A DNA stretch of 60,754 nucleotides from Parcubacteria group bacterium. GTDB lineage: Bacteria > Patescibacteriota > Minisyncoccia > Phycocordibacterales > Phycocordibacteraceae. The notes below the pieces were generated by a model. It made no database searches. It had not been told where the DNA came from and worked only from the letters and a program-made list of their open reading frames with translations. The stretch's first letter is position 1. Each line of letters opens with the position of its first letter. The position numbers and the translations under genes were made by a program. The stretch lies in contig JAQBQR010000005.1 in assembly GCA_028286945.1 (NCBI GenBank), positions 1 to 60,754 of the forward strand. Direction: 5' to 3'. Positions 27,526 through 37,569 of this stretch are shown piece after piece.

Positions 27526-29286
27526 ATGGACTACACACTCAAAGAAAAAACAGACAATAAGCAGAGCGCCTTCAAAGGTGCGTGGGAAAGCCTGGGCCCG
27601 CTTCTTACCGATGAAAAGAAGAATCTCAGCATTGCTTTCATTGCCGTCATCATAAGCTCCGGAGCGAGCCTGCTTTCGCCGTTTATCATCGCGCATGTTA
27701 TTGATACCGCCATCCGAACGCATGACTTTGGAGCGGTGTTGCGTGAAAGTGCGATTCTTGCGGTCGTATACGTGGCAGGTCTCATAGCAGGATACATTCA
27801 AACCATTCGCATGGGTGGGGTTGGTCGTGGAGTACTCTTCAAGCTCCGCAACGCGCTTTTCATACGACTCTCTGAGCTTCCTGTGGCGTTCTTCAATCAG
27901 AACCGTACCGGTGATCTTATCTCCCGCATCAACAACGATACGGACAAGCTCAACCAATTCTTTGGACAGGCACTCATGCAGTTCATTGGTAACTTCTTCG
28001 TTATTGTTGGCGCAGGTATTATGCTCCTCTCGCTTAACTGGCGTTTAGGTCTTGCCGCACTTGTCCCGGCTATTACGGTCTTCATCATTACGCAGTTCAT
28101 CTCTGACTGGGTGAAGCGTAAAAGCCGTGCAGGACTTCAGAGCCTAGGAGCTATGAGCGGGGAAGTGGAAGAAAGTCTTGCGAACTTTAAGGTCATTGTT
28201 GCCTTTAATCGCGTAGATTATTTCCGCACAAAATTTGATGGAGCGAATCAGGATAACTATCGCGCATCAGTGAAGTCCGGCATTGCGTCAAACATTTTCA
28301 CACCGCTCTACACATTAGCTTCGAATGCTGCGCAGTTAATTGTGCTTGGATACGGCCTGGTACTTATCTCAACGGGACATCTAACCATCGGTCTTTTGGT
28401 CGGATATCTCCTCTACGTAAACAACTTCTATAATCCGCTTCGCATGATTGCGAGTATCTGGTCTAATCTCCAGCTTGCTCTGGCTGCTCTCGACCGTATT
28501 CAAGAGGTTCTGTTCATGAACACGAATCTTACGACTCTTGAGGATGCAGGCTCTTCAAAGAGCGATGCGCTTCTCTCCTTTAATGATGTTTCGTTCTCGT
28601 ATAAGGACACGGCTCCCCCTGTGCTCCACGACGTATCATTTACTCTTGAGAAAGGGAAGACCTATGCGCTCGTGGGCCCAACAGGCGGTGGTAAAACCAC
28701 AACAGCCTCACTCATGGCACGCCTCTTTGATCCTAAGGAAGGAAGCATCATGCTGGACGGAAAAGATATCCGCGCATACACACCTGAAGAGCGAACCAAG
28801 AAGATTGGATTCATTCTCCAGGAACCATTCCTATTCAGTGGAACGGTACGCGACAATATTGTGTATGGAAACGAAGAGTTGAGTTCAATGAGCGAAGAAG
28901 AGCTCCTGGCACTTCTCACGGAGAAAGACCTCGGTTCATTGCTGGAACGCTTCAGTGAAGGGTTGGGAACAAATGTTACGCAGGGTGGCAGCAGTATTTC
29001 TCTTGGACAGAAACAGCTCATTGCCTTTATGCGCGCGGTGCTTCGAACTCCTGAACTTCTCATCTTGGACGAGGCTACGGCAAACATTGATACCGTTACC
29101 GAGCAGCTCCTCGAAGATCTTCTCGAGAAACTTCCAGAAAGCACCACGAAAGTTATCATCGCGCACCGCCTAAATACTATTCAGAACGCAGACAGCATTT
29201 TCTTCGTGAACGGCGGGACCGTCACGGAAGCTGGTTCGATGGATCATGCGGTTGAGATGCTCTTGCACGGTACGCGTACGAGCTAA
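27526..29286 (+). CDS. ABC exporter subunit (TMD+NBD), heterodimer partner
   Basis: GPTGGGKTT, ISLGQKQ, ILDEATA, IAHRL; ATG 27526. Confidence 0.93.
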   Translation: MDYTLKEKTDNKQSAFKGAWESLGPLLTDEKKNLSIAFIAVIISSGASLLSPFIIAHVIDTAIRTHDFGAVLRESAILAVVYVAGLIAGYIQTIRMGGVGRGVLFKLRNALFIRLSELPVAFFNQNRTGDLISRINNDTDKLNQFFGQALMQFIGNFFVIVGAGIMLLSLNWRLGLAALVPAITVFIITQFISDWVKRKSRAGLQSLGAMSGEVEESLANFKVIVAFNRVDYFRTKFDGANQDNYRASVKSGIASNIFTPLYTLASNAAQLIVLGYGLVLISTGHLTIGLLVGYLLYVNNFYNPLRMIASIWSNLQLALAALDRIQEVLFMNTNLTTLEDAGSSKSDALLSFNDVSFSYKDTAPPVLHDVSFTLEKGKTYALVGPTGGGKTTTASLMARLFDPKEGSIMLDGKDIRAYTPEERTKKIGFILQEPFLFSGTVRDNIVYGNEELSSMSEEELLALLTEKDLGSLLERFSEGLGTNVTQGGSSISLGQKQLIAFMRAVLRTPELLILDEATANIDTVTEQLLEDLLEKLPESTTKVIIAHRLNTIQNADSIFFVNGGTVTEAGSMDHAVEMLLHGTRTS

Positions 29287-29308
29287 ATAAAGGGTTGAAT
29301 TAGCGAAC

Positions 29309-30424
29309 TTATATTTCTGCTTCAACAAAGTGACGTAATACTTGTATAAAGTAGCGTGCCGGCACGACGGTAATTATTTTATTGCGTACATATCCAAGGA
29401 GACCATGTGCCATTGTCCATCGGTCCATTTGATTCACTATTCTGCGGAAACGGCGAATGCGCTTCTCTCTTCTTGTCGCGAAACTCGACAACGCCTTCGC
29501 AATAGTCTCGCCACGCTTAAGTTCTTGAACCAATACCCACGCATCCTCCATGGCCATTGAAGCCCCCATCCCTGTAGTGGGAGACACCGCATGTTGAGAA
29601 TCTCCTATAAGAACTACGTTCCCTTTATGCCATAGAGGCATTTCTACGTAGGCAATATCATCGTGATACATCTCCTTGACTGAAGGCATTGTAGTAATAA
29701 GATTTTGCACTTCACTACAGAAATCTTTGAAAAGAACAGCTGGTTGCTGGTCTTTTTCGTTACTCCTTTTTAATGGAACTTTGGCAAATAGTATAGCGAC
29801 CGAGGTATCAAAAAAGGGAAGTATCCCGCAAATTTTGCCGCTTCCGTAATAACTGGTAACGCTATTTGAAGATTCGTGCTCACGAGGTAGCCACCACATC
29901 CACACTCTCCAACCATACCGACGTAAGAAGTTTTTTCCGAATATCATCTCTCGCACCGAGGAATGTACGCCATCAGCACCGATAACCAAATCAAAGACCT
30001 CCTTTGTGCCATTACTAAACTCAACTTCTGCTTTTTCTTCATTTTGTTTGATAGAAACACATGCCGTATTAAATCGGACGGAAGTCTTGTCGAGTAGATT
30101 GAACAGACTTTGGTGCAAATCATTGCGTCTAATGCTGACCGTGCCTAAGGTATTAAATTCTTCGCCAGGAACAAGCTTCAGTAATTTACCGTTCCTATCA
30201 AAAACTATATCTGAATCGTACTCACATGAGTTTTTCTCAATTTGCATATCGATCCCAAGCTCTTTCAAGACCTTTCTTCCTGTATTCCAAATTCCCATTA
30301 AATAGCCGATGTTTCTAAACTCAGGGGCTTTATCGATAAGAGTTACGTCAGTAAATCCCTCTTTTTGTAAAAGGGCGGCGCAGGCGCAACCTGCAATTCC
30401 GCCGCCTACTATGAGTATTTTCAT
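29309..30424 (-). CDS. FAD-dependent monooxygenase/oxidoreductase
   Basis: GGGIAG, DLVIGADGVHS, LIGDSQH, GMGASMAMEDA. Confidence 0.9.
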   Translation of the reverse strand: MKILIVGGGIAGCACAALLQKEGFTDVTLIDKAPEFRNIGYLMGIWNTGRKVLKELGIDMQIEKNSCEYDSDIVFDRNGKLLKLVPGEEFNTLGTVSIRRNDLHQSLFNLLDKTSVRFNTACVSIKQNEEKAEVEFSNGTKEVFDLVIGADGVHSSVREMIFGKNFLRRYGWRVWMWWLPREHESSNSVTSYYGSGKICGILPFFDTSVAILFAKVPLKRSNEKDQQPAVLFKDFCSEVQNLITTMPSVKEMYHDDIAYVEMPLWHKGNVVLIGDSQHAVSPTTGMGASMAMEDAWVLVQELKRGETIAKALSSFATRREKRIRRFRRIVNQMDRWTMAHGLLGYVRNKIITVVPARYFIQVLRHFVEAEI

Positions 30425-30527
30425 TCTTCAAAGTATATCTCTAAAATCGGGTACTATCACCGTTGAATCAAAGCCAATCAAGGCGACTTAGCTGAAAAGT
30501 TCCCGATACCGTTATAATATGGGCAAT

Positions 30528-30881
30528 ATGACTGAACAAAGAACAGGAGGATGCCATTGCGGCACCGTGCGATATGAGGTTGAGATTGATCTTACAAAGC
30601 CGGTGATTGAATGTAACTGCTCGCATTGTCAGGCAAAAGGATTGCTTTTGTCAGCGGTACCTTCAGAAAACCTCGTTATTTCGGAAGGTGAAGGTAATCT
30701 CACGGAATATAACTTCAATACTGAAAAGATTCGACATTTCTTCTGCAAAACATGCGGCGTACAGCCATTTGCTCGCGGAAAGGGTGACGCCGCAGCAGGG
30801 AGCATGATAAACGTTCGAACTATTGATGACATTGATCTGGACTCGCTCACACGCCTGCCATTTGATGGTAAAAGCAGATAG
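30528..30881 (+). CDS. GFA (Mss4-like, CENP-V) family protein
   Basis: GGCHCG.VRY, CNCSHC, FCKTCG; start placed at 30528 because TATAAT abuts 30519. Confidence 0.9.
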   Translation: MTEQRTGGCHCGTVRYEVEIDLTKPVIECNCSHCQAKGLLLSAVPSENLVISEGEGNLTEYNFNTEKIRHFFCKTCGVQPFARGKGDAAAGSMINVRTIDDIDLDSLTRLPFDGKSR

Positions 30882-30951
30882 GTCACCACAAGGGCACTTC
30901 TTATTTGCTAAGCCGGTTACGGCTAACCAAATAATGTCGTATACTCTCCCA

Positions 30952-31086
30952 GGACCATCCCGAAATGCGACTTGCTAATATCTCGGGAGCTTTATATCCC
31001 GCGAATCTCGTGAAGACTTCGGTCTTCTAAGGACGCGCGATGCGAGCACCCACGTGGCACCAAAAGTTGCCACACAGGGATGGTTC
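30952..31086 (+). ncRNA. Candidate multi-stem ncRNA (about 135 nt)
   Basis: TATACT 30940-30945; 10-bp closing stem GGACCATCCC/GGGATGGTTC; UUCG hairpin; strong terminator follows. Confidence 0.45.
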
Positions 31087-31123
31087 AACGAAGAAAGCCG
31101 GCCAGAGGCCGGCTTTCTTCGTT
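31087..31123 (+). terminator. Strong hairpin terminator
   Basis: 17-bp perfect stem AACGAAGAAAGCCGGCC/GGCCGGCTTTCTTCGTT. Confidence 0.8.
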
Positions 31124-31159
31124 CCTGAGCGACCCATTTCATATGCTACCCTTTAGGTA

Positions 31160-31504
31160 ATGAATCGGAAGCCGCTCTACACCGCGCTTATACTCACGGC
31201 CCTTCTCCTGGCACTTCATTTGTACGCGCTCAGCACCTATTTCTACTGGCATCATCGTTGGTTTGATATCCCCATGCACATCTTAGGTGGTGCAGCTATC
31301 GGAGCCTTCCTGCTGGCTTTTTTCAGTGTTCGACGTGCCGCGCTCTACTTTGGTTCAATTCTGGCAGTGACCGTCGCATGGGAAATCTTCGAAAACATAA
31401 ATCACATCTCAACCGGCCAGCCCGACTACTGGTTCGATACCATCAAAGACATTATCGACGGGCTTATTGGTTCAGGCATTACGTATTACATAGCTAAAAA
31501 ATAG
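31160..31504 (+). CDS. Small membrane protein
   Basis: WFDIPMHILGG...WEIFE...DTIKDI pattern. Confidence 0.75.
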   Translation: MNRKPLYTALILTALLLALHLYALSTYFYWHHRWFDIPMHILGGAAIGAFLLAFFSVRRAALYFGSILAVTVAWEIFENINHISTGQPDYWFDTIKDIIDGLIGSGITYYIAKK

Positions 31505-31506
31505 AC

Positions 31507-32910
31507 ATGGCATTGAAACTTACCTTCTTCGGTGGTGCAGAGACAGTAACCGGTTCAAACTTTCTCGTTGAAGGTACAAAAGGAAAACTTCTCGTGGACT
31601 GCGGTATTGAGCAGGGAAGAGACTTTTGTCAGGCCGACATGTACGCTCCGTTTGCGTATGACGTGCCAAGCCTCGATGCGCTCGTAGTGACGCACGCACA
31701 CCTTGATCACGTAGGACGCATTCCAAAACTGTTAAAAGAAGGTTTCAAAGGAAGAATTTACATGACGGCACCCACGAAAGATTTAGCGCAGCTCATCATG
31801 GAAGACTCAGCCCGCATCATGGCCGCAGATGCGCGTGATAAGGGACTGCCGCTTTTGTACGAAGAGCGTGATGTAGCTGCAGCGATGTCGCACATTGACG
31901 TAATTGAGTTCCATAAAGAATGGGAAGCTGCTCCGGGTCTTTCGTGCTACCTCCGCAACACGGGCCATATTCTCGGCTCTGCGAGTGTTCGCATTCGTGA
32001 TATGGGAGATGGGAGTGACGGCGTAACGCTCGCACTTACCGGTGACATCGGTAATACCCCTTCTCCGTACCTGCCAGATCCTGAAGCCATAGATGATGCA
32101 GATGTGATGGTTATGGAAAGTGTGTACGGTGACCGTTTGCACACGCATGTAGACGAACGCGTCGACGAACTTCAGAAAGCACTTATGGAAGCAATCAAGC
32201 GCGGCGGAACCATTTTGATTCCTGCATTCTCGCTTGAACGCACGCAGCTCATGCTCTATGAGATCAGTAATCTTATGGACGCAGGAAAGCTCCCAAAGAT
32301 TCCCGTCTTCCTCGATTCACCGCTCGCCATTAAAGCCACGGATGTATATTCGAAATGGGGAAGCGAGTTCTTTAAAAAAGATGTTCAGGCTGAACTGAAG
32401 CACGAACATGATATCTTCCGTTTCCCCATGCTTACGCAGACTCTCACACGCGAGGAATCAGAAAAGATTCTCGAAGCCCCTGAGGTAAAGATCATTATGG
32501 CAGGAGCTGGCATGTCGCATGGCGGACGCATTGGCAGATGGGAGCAGAAATACCTCCCAGACCCCAAAACAACCCTCTTTATGGTGGGATACCAGGCGCC
32601 AGGCTCTCCTGGACGTATTCTTCAGGACGGAGGCTCTCAGGTGCGTTTAGGGGGCAATATGGTCACCGTGCGCGGCCACATACAGTCATTCTCAGGCTGG
32701 TCTGCCCACGCTGACCGTGACGGGCTTATTGCCTTCGCCGAAATGACCCAGCCCCGCACAAAGACCATCTTCTGCGCTCTAGGTGAGCCATCCTCTGCCC
32801 GCTTCTTAGCGCAACGTTTGCACGGCTTCCTTGGCGTGAATGCCATTGTGCCGGTGCTAAAGCAACAGTGGGAGATTACCAAACAGGGAGTGAAAGAAAT
32901 AACCCATTAA
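31507..32910 (+). CDS. MBL-fold beta-CASP ribonuclease
   Basis: VTGS, DCG, THAHLDH, GHILGSA, MESVYG, GYQA, SAHAD. Confidence 0.93.
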   Translation: MALKLTFFGGAETVTGSNFLVEGTKGKLLVDCGIEQGRDFCQADMYAPFAYDVPSLDALVVTHAHLDHVGRIPKLLKEGFKGRIYMTAPTKDLAQLIMEDSARIMAADARDKGLPLLYEERDVAAAMSHIDVIEFHKEWEAAPGLSCYLRNTGHILGSASVRIRDMGDGSDGVTLALTGDIGNTPSPYLPDPEAIDDADVMVMESVYGDRLHTHVDERVDELQKALMEAIKRGGTILIPAFSLERTQLMLYEISNLMDAGKLPKIPVFLDSPLAIKATDVYSKWGSEFFKKDVQAELKHEHDIFRFPMLTQTLTREESEKILEAPEVKIIMAGAGMSHGGRIGRWEQKYLPDPKTTLFMVGYQAPGSPGRILQDGGSQVRLGGNMVTVRGHIQSFSGWSAHADRDGLIAFAEMTQPRTKTIFCALGEPSSARFLAQRLHGFLGVNAIVPVLKQQWEITKQGVKEITH

Positions 32911-32920
32911 TTCATTACGT

Positions 32921-33817
32921 ATGTACGAACTCAGCATTGTATTTGTGCTCCTCACGCTCATCGTTCCGAGTATATTCTTTGGAGCACTTATGCTCTTCTG
33001 CATTGGAAGGGTACTTCACGTCCCGGATCTCTCTTTGCAAAGAAGCTTAAAGTTCAGTGGGTTCATAGGTTCGTGCGTACTTATTTTGGGAATCATTCAA
33101 CTTTTTGTCTCCGAGTATGTAATTAGTTCGGACTACCTCACTATCTATGAATCGTGCATTCCGTATTTTAACGTAATGCTCGTGTTCCTCGGCACGTTAT
33201 TTGTGTTGCACGAACGTCTCCCGGTAAATCGTTGGAAAATACTTGTCCTTACCTTCGCCTCCCTCATTATTGGTGTTGGGGCGGGATACGTATCGCTGTT
33301 CGGTGCTGAACCATATATTCATATGGATGCACCCACGGTATCTCATACATCCACGCAGGCAGTATCTGGAGAAATGACTCCTGACTCAAATAAAATTGCT
33401 ATGGAGTACCACGAGCTTTTCAAAAGCAGTACCTATTCCATAGAATGTTATTGGGCCGTCACCGTAGGCGATTCCAACGCGTGTAATCTATACGCAAAAG
33501 ATGCGCAGGGTGTTCAACACAATCTGAATCTATTTGCAGATAGCCTCACCGGCTCACTGTTCACGGCTCCCGATAAAAAGCATTTTGTAGTAATTACCGA
33601 AGCGAGTGCTGTGCTCGTTGATACAAATACGCTTGAGAAAAAGGAAATCCTCCATGCTTCGAAAGGTACGTGGCTTGGCTACAACACCAACCTCCCATCA
33701 TTCAAAGCAAAGGCCGTCTGGCTTGATTCAAGCACAATTCAAATTCCTCTATACTCTGAAGGAACACAGACTGATACCGAACCTAAACCAATCACTACTA
33801 AAACAATCACTATCTAA
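32921..33817 (+). CDS. Hypothetical membrane protein with C-terminal soluble domain
   Basis: 298 aa, four N-terminal TM segments. Confidence 0.75.
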   Translation: MYELSIVFVLLTLIVPSIFFGALMLFCIGRVLHVPDLSLQRSLKFSGFIGSCVLILGIIQLFVSEYVISSDYLTIYESCIPYFNVMLVFLGTLFVLHERLPVNRWKILVLTFASLIIGVGAGYVSLFGAEPYIHMDAPTVSHTSTQAVSGEMTPDSNKIAMEYHELFKSSTYSIECYWAVTVGDSNACNLYAKDAQGVQHNLNLFADSLTGSLFTAPDKKHFVVITEASAVLVDTNTLEKKEILHASKGTWLGYNTNLPSFKAKAVWLDSSTIQIPLYSEGTQTDTEPKPITTKTITI

Positions 33818-33818
33818 T

Positions 33819-34148
33819 ATGGCACTTGAACATTCACGCGTTACGACAGGCAATGAGCTCGAAGGACGCCGCATTACAAAGAACCTGGGGCTTGTCCGCG
33901 GTATCACGGTGCGCTCCCGTTCGATTGTAGGGGCCATCGGAGCTGGTTTCCAAACACTCCTTGGAGGAAACATTACGCTGTATGAGACGCTTTGCGAAAA
34001 GGCACGAGAGCAAGCATTTGATCGCATGATTGAACATGCTGAAACTATGGGAGCAAACGCAGTCATCGGCATGCGTTACGATGCCACCGACATAGGGCAG
34101 GGGGTTACTGAGGTTTTGGCGTACGGAACTGCGGTCATCGTTGAGTAG
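33819..34148 (+). CDS. YbjQ/UPF0145 family protein
   Basis: [35 protein letters not shown]. Confidence 0.92.
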   Translation: MALEHSRVTTGNELEGRRITKNLGLVRGITVRSRSIVGAIGAGFQTLLGGNITLYETLCEKAREQAFDRMIEHAETMGANAVIGMRYDATDIGQGVTEVLAYGTAVIVE

Positions 34149-34157
34149 AGCGTATCA

Positions 34158-35456
34158 ATGTTGCGCGCGTCTTCGTTTACCTTTGGCACCTATAAGGTTA
34201 ATGCTGCTCGTTCAGTCATATCTTTTACGTACCGTGTTGAATTTAAATACGGAATAACAAAGACATTCACTGACCGCCTTCTTTTTAAAGATGTTGCTCC
34301 GGAATTATGGAAGGGTGTTCCAAACGAAGTACTTGAGCCAACGCTCCAGGCGCTCCTACTCATGGTCGGCATTAATTACTGGTGCGTATTCCCAACGAGT
34401 AATATTCGAATTGAAGGATTTGCGCTCACTCGAGAGCAAGCGCAATTCTGGGACGCCCTGTATTTAAATGGCCTGGGAGAGTTTTTCTATGAGATGCAAA
34501 TGGATTTCCGAAATCTCATTGCATTTCCGTATGATGATTCTGCTATTGCGCCCACTCCAGCACGTTTTGAGCGCCCGTTGCGAGCGCTTCTTTTGAACGG
34601 GGCAGGGAAGGATTCTATCCTCTCCGCTGAAATGCTAAAAGCATCTAATACACCGTTCGATTTCTTTGCATTTGCTCCCACCCCGGCCCATGTGCGCATC
34701 GGTAAGCTCGTAGGTGCGAAAACCGTCACGGTTACTCGTCGTCACGACAGATATCTGGACATGATAATGAACTGGTCTAACGTGTCCGGTGCCTATCCGT
34801 CTGTCTCCACGTTCACCTTCATTGCTACGCTCCTTGCTGAGCTTCTGGGCTACAACTCAATCATTTTCTCTAACGAACGCAGTGCTGATTTTGGAAACCT
34901 GACGTACCTTGGCTTGGAGGTAAACCACCAGTGGTGCAAATCATCCGAAGCGGAGAAACTGGTAAACGATTACATTCGCTCCTTCATTACTCCTGACATT
35001 TCGACGACCTCACTCTTACGGGGATTCAGCGAGCTTGAGATTGTACGACGCTTTGTTCAGTACCCGAAGTACCTCCGCTACGTCACCAGCTGTAACAACT
35101 ATTTCTGGCAGTCACGTCACCGACAACTTCTGACACGAAAATCATATTGGTGTAAGAACTGTCCGAAGTGCGTGTTCCTCTTTGCCTGCTTTTCAGCATT
35201 TCTCTCGAAGGACGAATTGATCACTATGTTCGGGGGCGATCTGTATGCACGCCCACATCTCCTCCCACTCTTTAAGCGCATACTTGGCGTTGAGGGATTT
35301 AAACCGCTGGATTGCGTCGGCGAACCTGAAGAAATGATTCTTGCGATGCACTATGCGGAAATGCGTAAAGAATATGAGGGAGAACCTGCGATAAAACTCT
35401 TTCAAGAATATTTTCCAGCGGGATATGATTTTGAGGAGTTGGAAGGGAGGATGTAA
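34158..35456 (+). CDS. murL: MurL-like UDP-MurNAc-L-Ala-L-Glu epimerase (PP-loop ATPase)
   Basis: GAGKDS, SNERSA, VNHQWCKS, SCN, WC..CPKC.F, KPLDCVG. Confidence 0.7.
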   Translation: MLRASSFTFGTYKVNAARSVISFTYRVEFKYGITKTFTDRLLFKDVAPELWKGVPNEVLEPTLQALLLMVGINYWCVFPTSNIRIEGFALTREQAQFWDALYLNGLGEFFYEMQMDFRNLIAFPYDDSAIAPTPARFERPLRALLLNGAGKDSILSAEMLKASNTPFDFFAFAPTPAHVRIGKLVGAKTVTVTRRHDRYLDMIMNWSNVSGAYPSVSTFTFIATLLAELLGYNSIIFSNERSADFGNLTYLGLEVNHQWCKSSEAEKLVNDYIRSFITPDISTTSLLRGFSELEIVRRFVQYPKYLRYVTSCNNYFWQSRHRQLLTRKSYWCKNCPKCVFLFACFSAFLSKDELITMFGGDLYARPHLLPLFKRILGVEGFKPLDCVGEPEEMILAMHYAEMRKEYEGEPAIKLFQEYFPAGYDFEELEGRM

Positions 35457-35492
35457 AGAAAAACCGCTCGGCATGCCGAGCGGTTTTTCTTT
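35455..35492. terminator. Bidirectional terminator
   Basis: AAAGAAAAACCGCTCGGC-AT-GCCGAGCGGTTTTTCTTT between convergent genes. Confidence 0.85.
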
Positions 35493-35500
35493 ATCTTCGC

Positions 35501-35860
35501 TTACGCGCGAATGGCGTCTACCTGCTTTGCAATGCGTGAGAACGTTTCAGGGTGATTCTGAGCGAACTCAGAAAGTACCTTACGATCAAGTCCGAAGCCT
35601 TTGAGCTTAAGCGCATTGATGAACGTGCTGTATGACTTGAAACCTTCTTCACGGATAGCGGCGTTCAAACGAACGATCCAAAGCTGGCGCATAACGGTCT
35701 TCTTATCACGACGGTGATTGAAGGCGTTCTTTCCGGCATGCACGAGTGACTCCTTAGCAAGACGCTCCTTGGTTCCGCGACCATGGCGAAAACCCTTCGC
35801 ACGTGACAAGACGTTGCGACGGCGTTTTGCTGAGATTACTCCTCCTTTGACTCGTGTCAT
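35501..35860 (-). CDS. rplT: 50S ribosomal protein L20
   Basis: MTRVKGG, AKGF, RQLWIVRLNAA, LDRKVLS. Confidence 0.97.
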   Translation of the reverse strand: MTRVKGGVISAKRRRNVLSRAKGFRHGRGTKERLAKESLVHAGKNAFNHRRDKKTVMRQLWIVRLNAAIREEGFKSYSTFINALKLKGFGLDRKVLSEFAQNHPETFSRIAKQVDAIRA

Positions 35861-35887
35861 ACCTAATTACGTAAAATTTATTAAAGA

Positions 35888-36079
35888 CTATTTGCTGATC
35901 TTCGAAAGGAAACTGCGGCGAATACGATTTGAAACCGTAAGTGACTGCTGACGCTTCTTTCCCATACGGACAGAACCGCTTTCCTGCGCGTTGTAGTGAT
36001 CCTGGCCTGCCTTACGGACAACCAGTTTTCCTGTCTTGGTAACGCGGATGCGCTTGGTGTATGACTTGTTAGTTTTCAT
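35888..36079 (-). CDS. rpmI: 50S ribosomal protein L35
   Basis: MKTNKS..KRIRVTKTGK; between infC and rplT. Confidence 0.92.
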   Translation of the reverse strand: MKTNKSYTKRIRVTKTGKLVVRKAGQDHYNAQESGSVRMGKKRQQSLTVSNRIRRSFLSKISK

Positions 36080-36662
36080 GTGTTTGGGTTTCTGGTTCTA
36101 CTGGCACTGCCGTTTCCGTTGGGGATTTTGCGGTCACTCCTGCTTTTGGATCCCGTTCGATGATGGTTGCGAAGCCTTTTGGGGCGCGGGTAACCGGGTC
36201 AGCGATGCGATATGCGTACGGAATCAAGAGCAAGAACTTTTCAAGGCGGGTTTTGAGGAAAGCCTCTTCCATACCTTTGTAGCGTCCTTTGAGGAAGAGT
36301 TCTGCGCGAACGCGATGCCCTTCGGCGAGCCATTCAGCTGCCTTACGGGCTTTTAGTCGCATATCGTTCTCGCCGGTACCGACTTTTATCTGTACTTCCT
36401 TGGTCTCAGAGACCTTGGCTTTGGCGCGCGCAGCACTATCTCGTTTCTTCTGCTCGTACTGAAATTTACCATAATCCATGATTTTCGCAACGGGTGGCTG
36501 GGCGTTTGGCGATATCTCGATGAGGTCCAAACCGGCTGCCACGGCGAGTTTCAAGGCCTCTACAGACGTAATAACACCGAGGTTTTCACCCTCAGCGCCA
36601 ATAACGCGCAACTCTGGCGCGCTAATTTCGCGGTTTATACGTACTTTCTCGACGGCAGCCAT
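36069..36662 (-). CDS. infC: Translation initiation factor IF-3
   Basis: RINREI, LDLIEISPNAQPPVAKIMDYGKFQYE. Confidence 0.96.
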   Translation of the reverse strand: MAAVEKVRINREISAPELRVIGAEGENLGVITSVEALKLAVAAGLDLIEISPNAQPPVAKIMDYGKFQYEQKKRDSAARAKAKVSETKEVQIKVGTGENDMRLKARKAAEWLAEGHRVRAELFLKGRYKGMEEAFLKTRLEKFLLLIPYAYRIADPVTRAPKGFATIIERDPKAGVTAKSPTETAVPVEPETQTHEN

Positions 36663-36748
36663 TTGTAGGCTCAGTATACAACGATTACAGCCAAACTACA
36701 ACGTTTTTTAACGATAGGAGCCCCGTGGGAGCGGGTACTCCTACGGGG

Positions 36749-36994
36749 CTATGCGGCCACGCTTGGCTTATCGAAAATATCCTCTCCAAAATAGGACTTT
36801 ATGTTCTTTTCCCAGCTTTTGGGATCAAAAAATGGCCCACAACCAAGAAGGTACATCATCCTGCGAATACTACTCCAGGGGGCGTTTGCAGGCAGGAAGA
36901 CTAGTGCCGCCTGCAATTGGCGTTCGGTCTCCTCATCGAGCGGAAGAAACCGAAGCGTCCGTGGGTCGGCGTTCACTGCTGCATTGTCGTTCAT
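36749..36994 (-). CDS. Small hypothetical protein
   Basis: 81 aa with SD GAGGGAG and downstream hairpin. Confidence 0.55.
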   Translation of the reverse strand: MNDNAAVNADPRTLRFLPLDEETERQLQAALVFLPANAPWSSIRRMMYLLGCGPFFDPKSWEKNIKSYFGEDIFDKPSVAA

Positions 36995-37121
36995 GGACAG
37001 CTCCCTCGTGTTTTCGAAATTGGTCCCTGAGTAGCGTACTACATCTGCGGTATTTGAAGCAATTGGATAGCTTTGCAGGCCATGTAGTATGCTTATTTTA
37101 TTACCTCTGAATATTCAATTT

Positions 37122-37523
37122 ATGCTTTCTGGATTTAAAACATTCTTACTTCGTGGCAACGTCGTCGATTTGGCGGTCGGTGTGGTCATTGGAGCAGCGT
37201 TCACCGGCATTGTTACGGCACTGGTAGCCGACCTCATGACGCCGCTCATTGGAGCCATAGTTCAGGCACCAGACTTCAGCAATCTTTTCTTCACCATACA
37301 CGGAAGTAAGTTTATGTTCGGTGATTTCATTAACAAACTTATTTCTTTCGTCCTGGTTGCTGCGTCGGTATATTTCTTTGTCGTGGTTCCTATGAATGCT
37401 CTCATTGCTCGAACAAAATCAAAGGAACCAGAAGATCCAACAACGAAAAGATGCCCTGAATGTAAGAGTGAAATAAACATCGAGGCTCGCAAATGCGCAT
37501 TCTGCGCCTCAGTCGTTGCGTAA
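37122..37523 (+). CDS. mscL: Large-conductance mechanosensitive channel with C-terminal zinc ribbon
   Basis: FKTFLLRGNVVDLAVGVVIGAAF; CPEC...CAFC tail. Confidence 0.93.
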   Translation: MLSGFKTFLLRGNVVDLAVGVVIGAAFTGIVTALVADLMTPLIGAIVQAPDFSNLFFTIHGSKFMFGDFINKLISFVLVAASVYFFVVVPMNALIARTKSKEPEDPTTKRCPECKSEINIEARKCAFCASVVA

Positions 37524-37569
37524 GGGAGAGTATAGTAAGTAGTACTAGATATAACCGTCTACCATATAT

